Source: Anaeromyxobacteraceae bacterium (GTDB lineage Bacteria > Myxococcota > Myxococcia > Myxococcales > Anaeromyxobacteraceae). Taken from it: a stretch of 64,000 bases of DNA. The translations under genes were made by a program, and so were the position numbers. Positions 9,127 to 19,100 of the stretch are shown here, in pieces. The stretch is from NCBI GenBank assembly GCA_047602405.1, contig JASGHJ010000002.1:2208001-2272000 (forward strand), read 5' to 3'. Below the pieces are notes generated by a model. It did no database searches, was not told the DNA's origin, and saw nothing but the letters and a program-made list of their open reading frames with translations. Each line of letters begins with the position of its first letter. Positions within the stretch are counted from its first letter, which is position 1.

Positions 9127-9813
9127 GTGAACGTTCCGCTCGGAGGCGCGCGTGCCGTCGTGTTCGACGCGTACGGCACGCTCTTCGACGTCGGGAGCGC
9201 CGCCGCCCGGGCGAAGGACGAGCTCGGCGACCGGTGGGAGGCGCTGTCGGAGACCTGGCGCGCGAAGCAGCTCCAGTACACGTGGCTGCGCTCGCTGATG
9301 GGCCGCCACGCCGACTTCTGGCGGGTCACCGGCGACGCGCTCGACTTCGCCCTCGCCGCCCACGGCCTCGGCGACCGCGGGCTCCGGGACCGGCTCATGG
9401 CGCTCTACGAGCGGCTCTCCGCGTACCCCGACGCCCGCCCGGCCCTCGAGGCGCTCCGCGGGCGGGAGCTGAAGCTCGCGGTGCTGTCGAACGGCGCGCC
9501 GCGCATGCTCGCCGCGGCCGCCGAGAGCGCCGGGCTCGCCCCGCTCCTCGACGCCCTCCTCTCGGTCGAGGAGGTCGGGATCTACAAGCCCGCGCCGTCC
9601 GTCTACCGGCTCGCCACCGAGCGCCTCGGCGCCTGGCCCTCGGAGATCGCGTTCGTGTCCTCGAACGGCTGGGACGCCGCCGGCGCGAAGGCGGCCGGCC
9701 TCCGGGTCGTCTGGTGCAACCGCGCCGGCCTGCCGGCCGAGCGCCTGCCCGACGCTCCCGACGTCGAGATCCGCTCACTCTCCGAGCTCCCCGCGCTCCT
9801 CGGGAACCCATGA
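9127..9813 (+). CDS. Haloacid dehalogenase type II
   Basis: FDAYGTLFD, WRAKQLQY, LSNG, YKPAP and VSSNGWD; AGGAGG RBS before GTG. Confidence 0.9.
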   Translation: MNVPLGGARAVVFDAYGTLFDVGSAAARAKDELGDRWEALSETWRAKQLQYTWLRSLMGRHADFWRVTGDALDFALAAHGLGDRGLRDRLMALYERLSAYPDARPALEALRGRELKLAVLSNGAPRMLAAAAESAGLAPLLDALLSVEEVGIYKPAPSVYRLATERLGAWPSEIAFVSSNGWDAAGAKAAGLRVVWCNRAGLPAERLPDAPDVEIRSLSELPALLGNP

Positions 9814-9932
9814 GCCGGCCGCCCGGACCTCCCTCGCCTGGCCGGACCTTCGCGCCGGCCGCCCGGCCGGTCTATCCTCGCAACCAGCCCCAGAACGCCG
9901 CCCCACGCCCCCCGCGCACGGAAGGTCACGAC

Positions 9933-11684
9933 ATGTCCACCCCGCGAGTTCCCTCCCACGGCCGCCGCCAGGCGCTGAAGGCCCTGCTCGCCGGCGGCGC
10001 CGCGACGGCGGTGTTCGCCCGCGCGCTCACCGCGATGGCGGCAGGCCCGGGGCGGGTGACCGCCGAGATGGTGAAGCAGGCCGAGTGGGTCGCCGGCATC
10101 ACGCTCACCGACGCGGAGCGCGAGCTGATGCTCGCCGACCTCGCGGAGAACGGCGCCCTCCTCGACAAGCTGCGCTCGGTCGACGTGCCGAACGACGTCC
10201 CGCCGGCGGTGCACTTCAAGCCGCTCTCGGCGCCGCCGCCCGCGAAGGCCCCGGCCCCGAAGCCCTGGTTCCCGGACCGCAAGCCGTCGCGCATGCCCTC
10301 CTCCGACGAGGACCTCGCCTACGGCTCGGCGGTGGAGCTCTCCTACCTCGTGCGCAAGCGCCAGATCTCGCCGGTGGAGCTCGCGCGCCTCTCGCTCGAA
10401 CGCATGCAGCTCCTCGACACGCGGCTCGCCGCGGTGATCACCCGCACCGCCTCGCTCGGCTTCGAGCAGGCGCGCGCCGCCGAGAACGCCGCGAAGAAGG
10501 GCAACGCGGGCCCGCTCGCCGGCCTGCCCTGGGGCGCGAAGGACCTCCTCGCCGTGCCGGGCTACCCGACGACCTGGGGCACCCGCATCTACCAGAACCG
10601 CCAGCTCCCCGACGTCAGCGCCGCGGTGGTCGACAGCGTCACGGCCGCCGGCGGCGTGCTCATGGCGAAGACGGCGGTCGGCGAGCTCGCCTGGGGCGAC
10701 ACGTGGTTCGGCGGCATGACCAAGAACCCCTGGAAGCTCGACCAGGGCTCCTCCGGCTCCTCCGCCGGCTCGGCCGCGGGCGTCGCGGCGGGCTACTTCC
10801 CCTTCGCGATCGGCACCGAGACCTACGGCAGCATCCTCTCGCCCGCGACCCGCTGCGGCGTCACGGGCCTGCGGCCGACCTTCGGCCGCGTCAGCCGCCA
10901 CGGCGTGATGTCCCTCGCCTGGTCGATGGATAAGGTCGGCGTACTCGCGCGCTCCGCCGAGGACTGCGCGCTCGTCTTCTCGGTCATCCACGGCGCCGAC
11001 CCGCGCGACCCCACGTCGGAGACGCACCCCTTCCTCTGGCCGTCGGAGATCGACCTGAAGGAGCTCAAGCTCGGCTTCGTCGAGCGGCTCTTCGACGGCC
11101 CCGGCGCGGAGGTCGCGACCGCCGATCCGGCGGAGCTCGCGAAGCGGCAGCGCGCCCGCGACCAGCTCCAGTTCGACCAGGCCGTGCTCGACGTGCTCCG
11201 GCGGCTCGAGCTGAACCTCCTCCCGGTCCAGCTCGGCGGGAAGGTCCCGGCGAACGTCCTCGGCTGCATCCTCACGGCCGAGGCGGCGACCGCGTTCACC
11301 GGCCTCCTGCGCGCCGGGCGGCTCGGCGAGATGACGCGCCAGACCGCCGACGCGTGGCCGAACACCTTCCGGCAGGGCCACCTCATCACGGCCGTCGACT
11401 ACCTGCGCGCCCAGCGCGTGCGGACGCTCCTCATGCGCGAGCTCGAGGACCGCCTGCGCGACGTCGACGTGCTCGTGACGCCGACCTTCGGGGGCGACCT
11501 CCTCCTCCTCACGAACCTCACCGGGCACCCGGCCATCACCGTGCCGAACGGCTTCCACGCCGACGGCACCCCGGGCAGCATCACCTTCATCGGCAAGCTG
11601 AACGGCGAGGCGGCGATCCTGCAGGCCGCGATGGCCTACCAGGAGGCCACGCCGTTCCACAAGCGCCGCCCGCGGCTCGGCTAG
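9933..11684 (+). CDS. Amidase signature family enzyme with a twin-arginine signal peptide
   Basis: N-terminal GRRQALK; GAKDLL, GSSGSSAGS, GTETYGSI and GLRPTFGRVS. Confidence 0.88.
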   Translation: MSTPRVPSHGRRQALKALLAGGAATAVFARALTAMAAGPGRVTAEMVKQAEWVAGITLTDAERELMLADLAENGALLDKLRSVDVPNDVPPAVHFKPLSAPPPAKAPAPKPWFPDRKPSRMPSSDEDLAYGSAVELSYLVRKRQISPVELARLSLERMQLLDTRLAAVITRTASLGFEQARAAENAAKKGNAGPLAGLPWGAKDLLAVPGYPTTWGTRIYQNRQLPDVSAAVVDSVTAAGGVLMAKTAVGELAWGDTWFGGMTKNPWKLDQGSSGSSAGSAAGVAAGYFPFAIGTETYGSILSPATRCGVTGLRPTFGRVSRHGVMSLAWSMDKVGVLARSAEDCALVFSVIHGADPRDPTSETHPFLWPSEIDLKELKLGFVERLFDGPGAEVATADPAELAKRQRARDQLQFDQAVLDVLRRLELNLLPVQLGGKVPANVLGCILTAEAATAFTGLLRAGRLGEMTRQTADAWPNTFRQGHLITAVDYLRAQRVRTLLMRELEDRLRDVDVLVTPTFGGDLLLLTNLTGHPAITVPNGFHADGTPGSITFIGKLNGEAAILQAAMAYQEATPFHKRRPRLG

Positions 11685-11731
11685 CGCGCCGGCCGCGAGC
11701 CACGCCGGACCGAACCGGAGCGAAGGCGAGC

Positions 11732-12913
11732 GTGAGCCACCAGCACCTCTACCGGCGCAGCCTCGAGGGGCTCTCCGGCCGGCTCCACGCCGCCGCGCAC
11801 AGCCACCACCCGTGGCCGGACGTCAGCCGCGACGCCACGCTCGCGTGCTGGGACGACGCCGCCCGCCTGCTCGACCACAAGTGGGAGCGGATCCTCGGCG
11901 AGGTGCTGCCCGAGGCGCAGCGGCGCGTCGCCGGCGTGCTCGGCCTGCCCGACCCCGCCCAGCTGGCCTTCGGGCCGAACGTGCACGGGTTCCTGGTGCG
12001 CCTCTTCTCCTGCCTGCCCGCCGCGGGCCCGGGTGGCCGGCGCGCGCGGATCGTCTCCACCGCGAGCGAGTTCCACAGCTTCTCGCGGCAGGCGCGCCGC
12101 TGGGAGGAGGCCGGCCTCGCGGAGGTGGTGCGCGTCCCGGCCCTGCCCTTCGACGGCTTCGCCGCCCGCCTCGAGGCCGCGCTCCGCGCCGGGCCGGCCG
12201 AGCTCGTCTACGTCTCGCACGTCTTCTTCGACAGCGGCCTCGCGCAGGCCGATCTCGGCTGGCTCGCCGCCGTCCCGGAGGGCGCCCTCGTCGCGCTCGA
12301 CGGCTACCACGCGTTCCGGGCGCTCCCGGTGGACCTCGGCCCCGTGGCGCGCCGCGCGTTCTACCTCGCCGGCGGCTACAAGTACGCGCAGGCGGGCGAG
12401 GGCGTCTGCTTCGTGGCGGTCCCGCCCGGCTCGGCGGTGCGGCCCGTCGACACCGGCTGGTTCGCCGAGTTCGACGACCTCGCCGCCGCGCGCGCGGACG
12501 CGGTCGGCTACCGGCCCGACGGCGGCCGCATGATGGGCGCGACCTTCGATCCCGCCGGCCTGTACCGCCTCGTCGCCGTCGAGCGGATGCTCGAGCGCGA
12601 GGGGCTCGACGTCGCGGCCGTGCACGCCCACGTCCGCGGGCTGCAGCTCCGGTTGGTCGAGGCGCTCGCCGACCTCGGCGGCCCCTGGCGCGCGGGCGAA
12701 AGCCCGCTGTTGCCCGCGGGGCTCCCGTGGCACGGCCACTTCCTCGCGTTCGAGGTCGGCGACGCGCAGGGCTTCCTGCGCGGGCTCGAGGCCCAGGGGG
12801 TGCTCGCCGACGCCCGCGGCCCCCGGCTCCGGCTCGGGCTCGGCCTGTACCACGACGAGGCCGACGTGGACCGGCTGGCCCGGGCCGTGCGAGCCGTGGC
12901 GCGGGGCGGCTGA
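11732..12913 (+). CDS. Aminotransferase class V / kynureninase-like PLP enzyme
   Basis: AAHSHHPWPD, SHVFFDSG, LDGYH, AGGYKY and GWFA. Confidence 0.75.
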   Translation: MSHQHLYRRSLEGLSGRLHAAAHSHHPWPDVSRDATLACWDDAARLLDHKWERILGEVLPEAQRRVAGVLGLPDPAQLAFGPNVHGFLVRLFSCLPAAGPGGRRARIVSTASEFHSFSRQARRWEEAGLAEVVRVPALPFDGFAARLEAALRAGPAELVYVSHVFFDSGLAQADLGWLAAVPEGALVALDGYHAFRALPVDLGPVARRAFYLAGGYKYAQAGEGVCFVAVPPGSAVRPVDTGWFAEFDDLAAARADAVGYRPDGGRMMGATFDPAGLYRLVAVERMLEREGLDVAAVHAHVRGLQLRLVEALADLGGPWRAGESPLLPAGLPWHGHFLAFEVGDAQGFLRGLEAQGVLADARGPRLRLGLGLYHDEADVDRLARAVRAVARGG

Positions 12914-12916
12914 GCC

Positions 12917-13120
12917 TCACCAGCGCAGGTCCCGGAGCGCGATCCAGGGCGACGGCGGCTCGCAGCGGGGCCGCCTCGCCGGCGCGTCCTCCCGGCGGAC
13001 GAGGTAGAGCGCGGCGCGGGCCATCGCACCCGCGGCGCCCGCGCGCTCCGGCTCCGCCCGGACCCGCGGGGTGGGCTCGAGCGGCTGGGTCGGCTGGAAC
13101 TTCGAGGCGGCTTCGGCCAT
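12917..13120 (-). CDS. Small hypothetical protein (67 aa)
   Basis: GAAGGGAG RBS upstream of the ATG; fills an intergenic gap. Confidence 0.4.
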   Translation of the reverse strand: MAEAASKFQPTQPLEPTPRVRAEPERAGAAGAMARAALYLVRREDAPARRPRCEPPSPWIALRDLRW

Positions 13121-13229
13121 GACGGGCTCCCTTCGTGCTGCGTGAGCCCGGATCCTGGCCCCCGCGCGCGCGCCGCGCGCCGGGATGATCCGCGCGCGGG
13201 GGGCGCGCCGATGCCCGCCCCCGGCGGGG

Positions 13230-15528
13230 TCAGACGTGCACGTCGAGGGCGTCGTCGTGCGCGGCGAGCGCCGACGCCGCGAGCGTCCCGGCCTTCACGC
13301 GCCGCACGATCTCGTCGCGGTCGAGATCGAAGACCGCGTCGAGGATCCCCGCCCGCTCCGCGGCCGGGGCCTGCCCCACCGCGAACAGCACGCGCGCGGA
13401 GTGCTGCAGGTACCGGCGCGAGAGGAGCTGCCGGCGGAGGAGCTCCATGATGACCGGCGCCTTCGAGCGGTCGAACCGGCCCGGCTCGCCCCGCCGGTCC
13501 TGCTCGGCGAAGAACGCGGCGGTCCACTCGTCGTGGTAGGCGATCACCTTCCCGAAGATGCCCGGTCGAGCCGCGTGCCGGCCTTCACCGGCTCCGCCGG
13601 CGCCCCGAGGACCACACCGTCCTCGGTCAGCACCGCGCGCAGGAGGCGGCCGTCCTTCGTCACCGGCGCCTCGTGGCGCAGGAGCGACCAGAGCCAGGAG
13701 ACGTAGATGCGGTAGGTGGCGAGGTCGTTCATGAAGCGCAGGCCGAGCTCGTAGTCGTCGATCGCGGCCGCGAAGTTGCCGTTGAGGATTCTGGAAGCCG
13801 TAGTTCGCGGCCATGTAGAGCGAGTGCTGCACGTGCTCGATGGTGACCTCGCCCTTCGGGACCCCGTAGATCGCGTCCCAGCGCTCCGCCGAGAGCAGCC
13901 GCTCCGGCGTGGCCACGTCCGCCGGGTCGAGGACCGTGGGCGTGATCCGGCCCTGCGCATCGACGAGCCCGCGCGCGCGGAACACCTCGCGCTCCGCATC
14001 GGAGAGGCCGGAGGCCGGCATCGGCACCGGCTTCCCCTTCACCTCCACCGTCGCGAAGGGCGCCCAGACGAGCCCCTGCAGCTCGCCGACCTCCGCCTGC
14101 AGGGGGCGGTTGCCGGCGGCGACGTAGTGCGCCTCCGGGCTCGCCACCCAGCTCTGCCGGTAGGTGTCGTGGAGCTTCCCCTTCACCCGGCCCTCGAGCA
14201 CGTCCTCGAGCGTCGGGCGCGCGCCGGCCGGCAGCGGCGTGGCCGGCACGAAGGTGAGCCCGAGCAGCCGCTCGCGGAGCTTGTCGATCGTCATCGCGCG
14301 GAGCGCGATGGGGTTGTACCGGGAGCGGCCGTACAGGTCGTTCGCCTGGTAGATCATGACGGCGGCCATGCCGCCGATCGGCGCCCCGTTCGCGAGCTCC
14401 CCGCCCTTCATGCCGGCCATCAGCATCGTGAGCGCGTTGAAGCGCTGGTACGCGATCATCCCGGGCGTCGCCATGCCCACGCCCTGCGGGTCCGGGAACA
14501 CGCCCGCGGGATCCTCGCGCCACATCTCGATGAGGCTGCCGAGGTAGTCCCACCGGCCGACGTTCGTGCCGAGCAGGCGGCGGCGGAGCACCCACACGAT
14601 CGCGGGCAGCTGCCGGCCGGCGTTGCCCTCCTCGTAGAGCATCTTGCACTTGAAGGATCCGACCGGCACGCCGGCGATCCCCTCGAGGCGCGACAGGAGC
14701 CGCTCGACCACGAGCGCCTCGCGGGGCGTCTGGAGCTTCGGGAGGTAGAAGTAGACGCCGTGGCCGCGGCGCGCGAGCGCGTCGAGGTTGTTCATCGCCC
14801 ACAGCGTCGTGACGACCGCGATGCCGGGGGCGGGCCGCCCGTCCACCGTGACCGTGTCGAAGAAGATGTGGAGGCCGGGCGGGCGGGCGAGGCGGCCCGG
14901 CCACTCGGCGGGCGGCTTCTCGACGCGGTAGGAGCGGGTCTTCCCCTTCTTCGCGACCTCGTACGGCCGCTCGTCCCACCGGCCCTCGAAGAGGCTCCTT
15001 CGCGTTCTGGAGCGCGGCGAACACGCCGACCGGATCCTTCGTGGACGCGCCCTCGGGCCGGAAGTGCGGCGGCGAGGCGTCCTCGAAGTCCGGCATGTTC
15101 ATCGGCGCCGCGCTGTTGAGCGCGTTCATCGCCATGTCGAGCGGGTACCAGGGGCCGGTGAGCTCGAGGCCGGCGACCTTGCCCGGGTGCACGTGGGCGG
15201 GGACCGGCACCTCGTCGTTGAGGCGCCAGCGCAGCGGCGTCTCCTTCCCGAGGAAGTTGTCGATCATGCCCTGCACGACGTCCTTGAACGGGACCTCGCG
15301 GCCGGTGACGGGATCGGTGAAGCGCTCGTCGAGCGGCCAGCGGTACTTCTCGCGGACCGGCGCCGGCGAGGCGAGCTGCTCGCGGCGCAGGTTGAGCACC
15401 GCGTCGATCTCGGGCCTCAGCTCGCGGGTGAGCGTGTCGATGGTCTCCTCGACGCTCACCTCGCGCCCGTTCACGGTCTTCCTGCCGAAGAGCTCCGGGA
15501 ACCGCGACAGGACGTCGTTCCGGATCAT
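13230..15528 (-). CDS. Malate synthase family protein (~765 aa); three frameshifts at ~14994, ~13790 and ~13560
   Basis: Segments in three ORFs join: MIRNDVL...LELTGP...MPDFEDA / FYLPKL...YEE...GRWDYLGS...IGGMAAV...QSWVASP / MNDLATYRI. Confidence 0.8.
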
Positions 15529-15724
15529 GGGTGCTCCTTTCTCGTCCGCGGGGGTGATCACAGTATGCGCCCGCCGCCCGCGTCCGTCAGTCGTGGGGCA
15601 CGGCCGGCCGGCGCCGCCCGGAGGCCCCCGCGGGGACGCCGGCGGGAACCGGTCTCGCATTGCCTTCGGGGCGGCCCCGGCGGTATGGAGGGCCACCCCT
15701 TTTGCCACCCCGGAGGCTGCGCAG

Positions 15725-16843
15725 ATGGTCATCGGCGTCCCGAAGGAGATCAAGGTCCGCGAGTACCGGGTCGGCCTCGTGCCGGCGAGCGTGCGCGAGC
15801 TGACGCACCAGGGCCACCAGGTGCTCGTCGAGACCGGCGCCGGCGCCGGCATCGGCATGTCCGACCCGGCCTACGAGGCCGCGGGCGCCCGCATCGTCCC
15901 CTCGGCCGCCGAGGTGTTCGAGAAGGCCGAGCTCGTCGTGAAGGTGAAGGAGCCGCAGGCCGAGGAGCGCAAGCGCCTGCGCCCGGGCCAGGTGCTCTTC
16001 ACCTACCTCCACCTCGCCCCCGACGCGCCGCAGACGAAGGACCTCGTGGCCTCGGGCGCGACCTGCATCGCCTACGAGACCGTCACCTCGCCCTCCGGCG
16101 GCCTCCCGCTGCTCGCGCCCATGTCCGAGGTCGCGGGCCGGCTCTCGATCCAGGCGGGCGCGTACTACCTCGAGAAGGCCCACGGCGGCCTCGGCCTCCT
16201 CATCGGCGGCGTGCCCGGCGTCGACCCCGCGAAGGTGGTCATCATCGGCGGCGGCGTGGTCGGCACCCACGCCGCGCACATCGCGCTCGGCATGGGCGCG
16301 GAGGTGTTCGTCCTCGACCGCTCGACCGACGTGCTCCGCGCGCTCTGGAAGCAGTTCGGGCGCCCGCTCAACACGGTCTTCTCGACCCGCGACGCCATCG
16401 AGCAGCACTGCATCTCCGCCGACCTCGTGATCGGCGGCGTGCTCGTGCCCGGCGCCGCGGCGCCGAAGCTCGTGACGAAGGACATCGTGAAGCGGATGAA
16501 GCCGGGCTCGGTCATCGTCGACGTGGCGATCGACCAGGGCGGCTGCTGCGAGACGTCCCGGCCGACCACCCACGACGACCCGACCTACGTCGTCGACGGC
16601 GTCATCCACTACTGCGTCGCGAACATGCCCGGCGGCGTGCCGCGCACCTCCGCGGTCGCCCTCAACAACGCCACCCTGCCCTTCGTGCTCGCGCTCGCGA
16701 ACAAGGGCTGGAAGAAGGCGCTCGGCGACGACCCGCACCTGCGCAACGGGCTCAACGTGCACAAGGGCCTCGTCACCCACCGCGGGGTCTCCGACGCCCT
16801 CGGGTACACGTTCGTGGAGCCGGCCGCCGCGATGGAGCGGTAG
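15725..16843 (+). CDS. ald: Alanine dehydrogenase
   Basis: [45 protein letters not shown] and YCVANMPG. Confidence 0.95.
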   Translation: MVIGVPKEIKVREYRVGLVPASVRELTHQGHQVLVETGAGAGIGMSDPAYEAAGARIVPSAAEVFEKAELVVKVKEPQAEERKRLRPGQVLFTYLHLAPDAPQTKDLVASGATCIAYETVTSPSGGLPLLAPMSEVAGRLSIQAGAYYLEKAHGGLGLLIGGVPGVDPAKVVIIGGGVVGTHAAHIALGMGAEVFVLDRSTDVLRALWKQFGRPLNTVFSTRDAIEQHCISADLVIGGVLVPGAAAPKLVTKDIVKRMKPGSVIVDVAIDQGGCCETSRPTTHDDPTYVVDGVIHYCVANMPGGVPRTSAVALNNATLPFVLALANKGWKKALGDDPHLRNGLNVHKGLVTHRGVSDALGYTFVEPAAAMER

Positions 16844-16851
16844 CCGGCCCC

Positions 16852-16924
16852 CTGCCAGGGGTGGGGCCCCGACCCAGCTTCGCTGGTCGGGGCGGGGGCG
16901 CGCCGAGCGCCCCCGTGAAATTCA
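16852..16924. repeat. MITE-like palindromic element (family B), probably also a terminator between convergent genes
   Basis: CTGCCAGGGGTGGGGCCCCG...hairpin...CGAGCGCCCCC..GAAATTCA; shares both ends with the element at 51247-51404. Confidence 0.6.
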
Positions 16925-17830
16925 GTTCCCCTGGATGCAGCCGCCGGAGGCGTAGCCGGTCCCGGCCGTGTAGGCGGCGTTCGACCAGTTGCCCTGGATC
17001 TTCCAGGTCGAGCCGTTCGAGAGCGTCACGTCCCCGTCGAACGTCCAGGCGCACTTGTCGGCGTTCTCGGCGCCGCTCGCGTCCCACCAGCCGCCGTTGC
17101 GCGGATCGGTCACCGCCTCGGACAGCTCGTGGCCGGAGACGTTCGCGAGCGCGGCGAGCGCCTGCGACTGCCCCGCGACGTTGCTCCCGGGATCGCAGCC
17201 GGGATCGCCGGCGAGGTCGAAGAAGAACGCGAACTGCACCGGCACGCCGTTGCAGCTGCCGTAGCTGTGCCAGGCGCAGTAGCCGGCGTGGCCGCGCGGG
17301 AGGTCGGTGTAGACCGGGTAGTAGCCGTTCGCGACCGGGTTCGAGACGTTGCGGCACACCGCGGCCGCGACGTCGCTCGTCCTCGGGGCGTGCCGGGGCG
17401 TCGCGCTCGTGTCGAACACGGCGCCGCCGTAGGAGACGCCGGCGCCGACCTGCCCGTTCGTGCCGGTGTACTCGGTGTTCGTGCCCATGTAGCGCGAGCC
17501 GCCGAAGCCGCCGTAGAGCGTGGCGAGCCCGGAGACCTTGTCGCCCTGGTACGACGCGCTCGCCCAGCTCGGGCCCCAGTAGACCGCCTGCACCGCCGAC
17601 GAGGTCATGATCTCCCCGCCGTGCCAGACGAGCTGTGGCGACCCGCCGCCGCCCGGCTTCGCCTGGCCGCGCGCCCAGTGGATGCCCAGCATCGGCGGCT
17701 CGGGCTGGCCGCGGGGGCCCTGCGTGTCGAGCGCGTCCCCGCCGCTCGTCACCCCGGGCTCCGGCTGCCCTCCGCACCCCGCGATCACCGCCGCGACGAC
17801 GACCCCGACTCCCCACCTCGTCCCGTGCAT
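16922..17830 (-). CDS. Lipoprotein resembling the phosphate-induced protein 1 / EXORDIUM (Phi_1) family
   Basis: Lipobox VIAGC; WHGG, YCAWH, HELSEAVTDP, ENADKCAW and WKIQGNWSN. Confidence 0.7.
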   Translation of the reverse strand: MHGTRWGVGVVVAAVIAGCGGQPEPGVTSGGDALDTQGPRGQPEPPMLGIHWARGQAKPGGGGSPQLVWHGGEIMTSSAVQAVYWGPSWASASYQGDKVSGLATLYGGFGGSRYMGTNTEYTGTNGQVGAGVSYGGAVFDTSATPRHAPRTSDVAAAVCRNVSNPVANGYYPVYTDLPRGHAGYCAWHSYGSCNGVPVQFAFFFDLAGDPGCDPGSNVAGQSQALAALANVSGHELSEAVTDPRNGGWWDASGAENADKCAWTFDGDVTLSNGSTWKIQGNWSNAAYTAGTGYASGGCIQGN

Positions 17831-18054
17831 CTCGTGCCTCCTGGGCAAGGCGCGGCCCACGGCCGCCCGACGGCCGCGGAGCGTGAGCGCGCGCGTTCGG
17901 CGGTGAGGTGGCCCTCCCCCGGGCGATCCGCCGCGCCCGGAAGGAGGGCGCCCCCACGCGAGCCTGCCCGGCGGGTGGAGTACGGTCCCGTACGCCACGG
18001 AAGGTGAATACCGGCGAGGGCCTGCCCGTCCCCCCGGACACGAGGGAGACCACC

Positions 18055-18471
18055 ATGCTGCGCCAGGCCTGGGCCATCATCTCGCTGCTCCTCTGCTCCG
18101 CCTGCGTCCCCGTGGACGCAGCGCTCGTCGACGGCACGCGCCCCTGCAGCCCGGAAGAGGCGCTCGCCGCCGGCCTCAACGATGGCAGGGCGGGAAGGGA
18201 GGCCGACCTGGCCTTCGCGACGCGCTGCGACCCCGCCGCGGGCCCGGCCGCCCGGGCGGGCTACCTCGACGGCTACCGGGAGGGCCTCGCGGCCCGGGCC
18301 GCCGAGGGGAGCCAGGGCCGCGGGTTCACCTGCGAGGTGACGCCGTTCACGAAGACCTACTCCGGCGCCGCCGCCACCGAGGCCCGGGCCGCCGCCCTCG
18401 CGCGCGAGCGCTGCCTCGCGAGGGAATCGGAGCTGTTCTGTCGCGACGTGACGTGCCGGGTCGGCGGGTGA
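18055..18471 (+). CDS. DUF2799-like lipoprotein
   Basis: Lipobox CSAC; C...GLNDGRAG...C...YLDGYREGL pattern; GAGGGAG RBS. Confidence 0.6.
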   Translation: MLRQAWAIISLLLCSACVPVDAALVDGTRPCSPEEALAAGLNDGRAGREADLAFATRCDPAAGPAARAGYLDGYREGLAARAAEGSQGRGFTCEVTPFTKTYSGAAATEARAAALARERCLARESELFCRDVTCRVGG

Positions 18472-18530
18472 GCCACCGCTCCCCGCGCGGAGTTTGACCC
18501 GTCCGCCCCGCCGGGCGACGCTCCCGCCCG

Positions 18531-19019
18531 ATGCGCCTCTCGCCGTTCCTCCTCGCGGGCCTCGCCGCTGCAGGCTGCGCCTCGGCGCGCGCGAGGCCGG
18601 CCTCCGCGCCCGAGCCTGCGCCGGAGATCGCGCCCTTCACCACCGACGGCTGCTCGCTCTTCCCCGACCGCCGCCTCGTCCTCTCGGGCGACTGGTGCGA
18701 CTGCTGCGTGCGCCACGACCTCGCCTACTGGCGCGGGGGCACCGAGGCGGACCGGCTCGCAGCGGACGAGGCCCTCCGGGCCTGCGTGCGCGAGCGCACC
18801 GGCGACCCGGTGCTCGCCGAAGGCATGTTCGTCGGCGTCCGCGCGGGCGGCACGCCGGCCTTCCCGACGACCTTCCGCTGGGGCTACGGCTGGCCGCCTG
18901 GCCGCGGCTACGCGCCGCTCACCCCCGCGGAGCGCAGGGCGGTGGACGCGGCGATGGCCGCGGTGCGCCGGACCAACCCGGACCTCACCTGCAAGGGCGC
19001 GGGCGTCAACGCGCGCTGA
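18531..19019 (+). CDS. Cys-rich lipoprotein with a phospholipase A2-like CCxxHD motif
   Basis: Lipobox AAGC; TDGCS...WCDCCVRHDLAYWRGG...ADEALRACV...WGYGW. Confidence 0.65.
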   Translation: MRLSPFLLAGLAAAGCASARARPASAPEPAPEIAPFTTDGCSLFPDRRLVLSGDWCDCCVRHDLAYWRGGTEADRLAADEALRACVRERTGDPVLAEGMFVGVRAGGTPAFPTTFRWGYGWPPGRGYAPLTPAERRAVDAAMAAVRRTNPDLTCKGAGVNAR

Positions 19020-19100
19020 CGCGCGCCCCCCCACCTCCCCTCCCGGGCGACACACTGGACCGTTCCCGTCCGGGCCGACCTGGGGCAGAATCCGGGCCCC

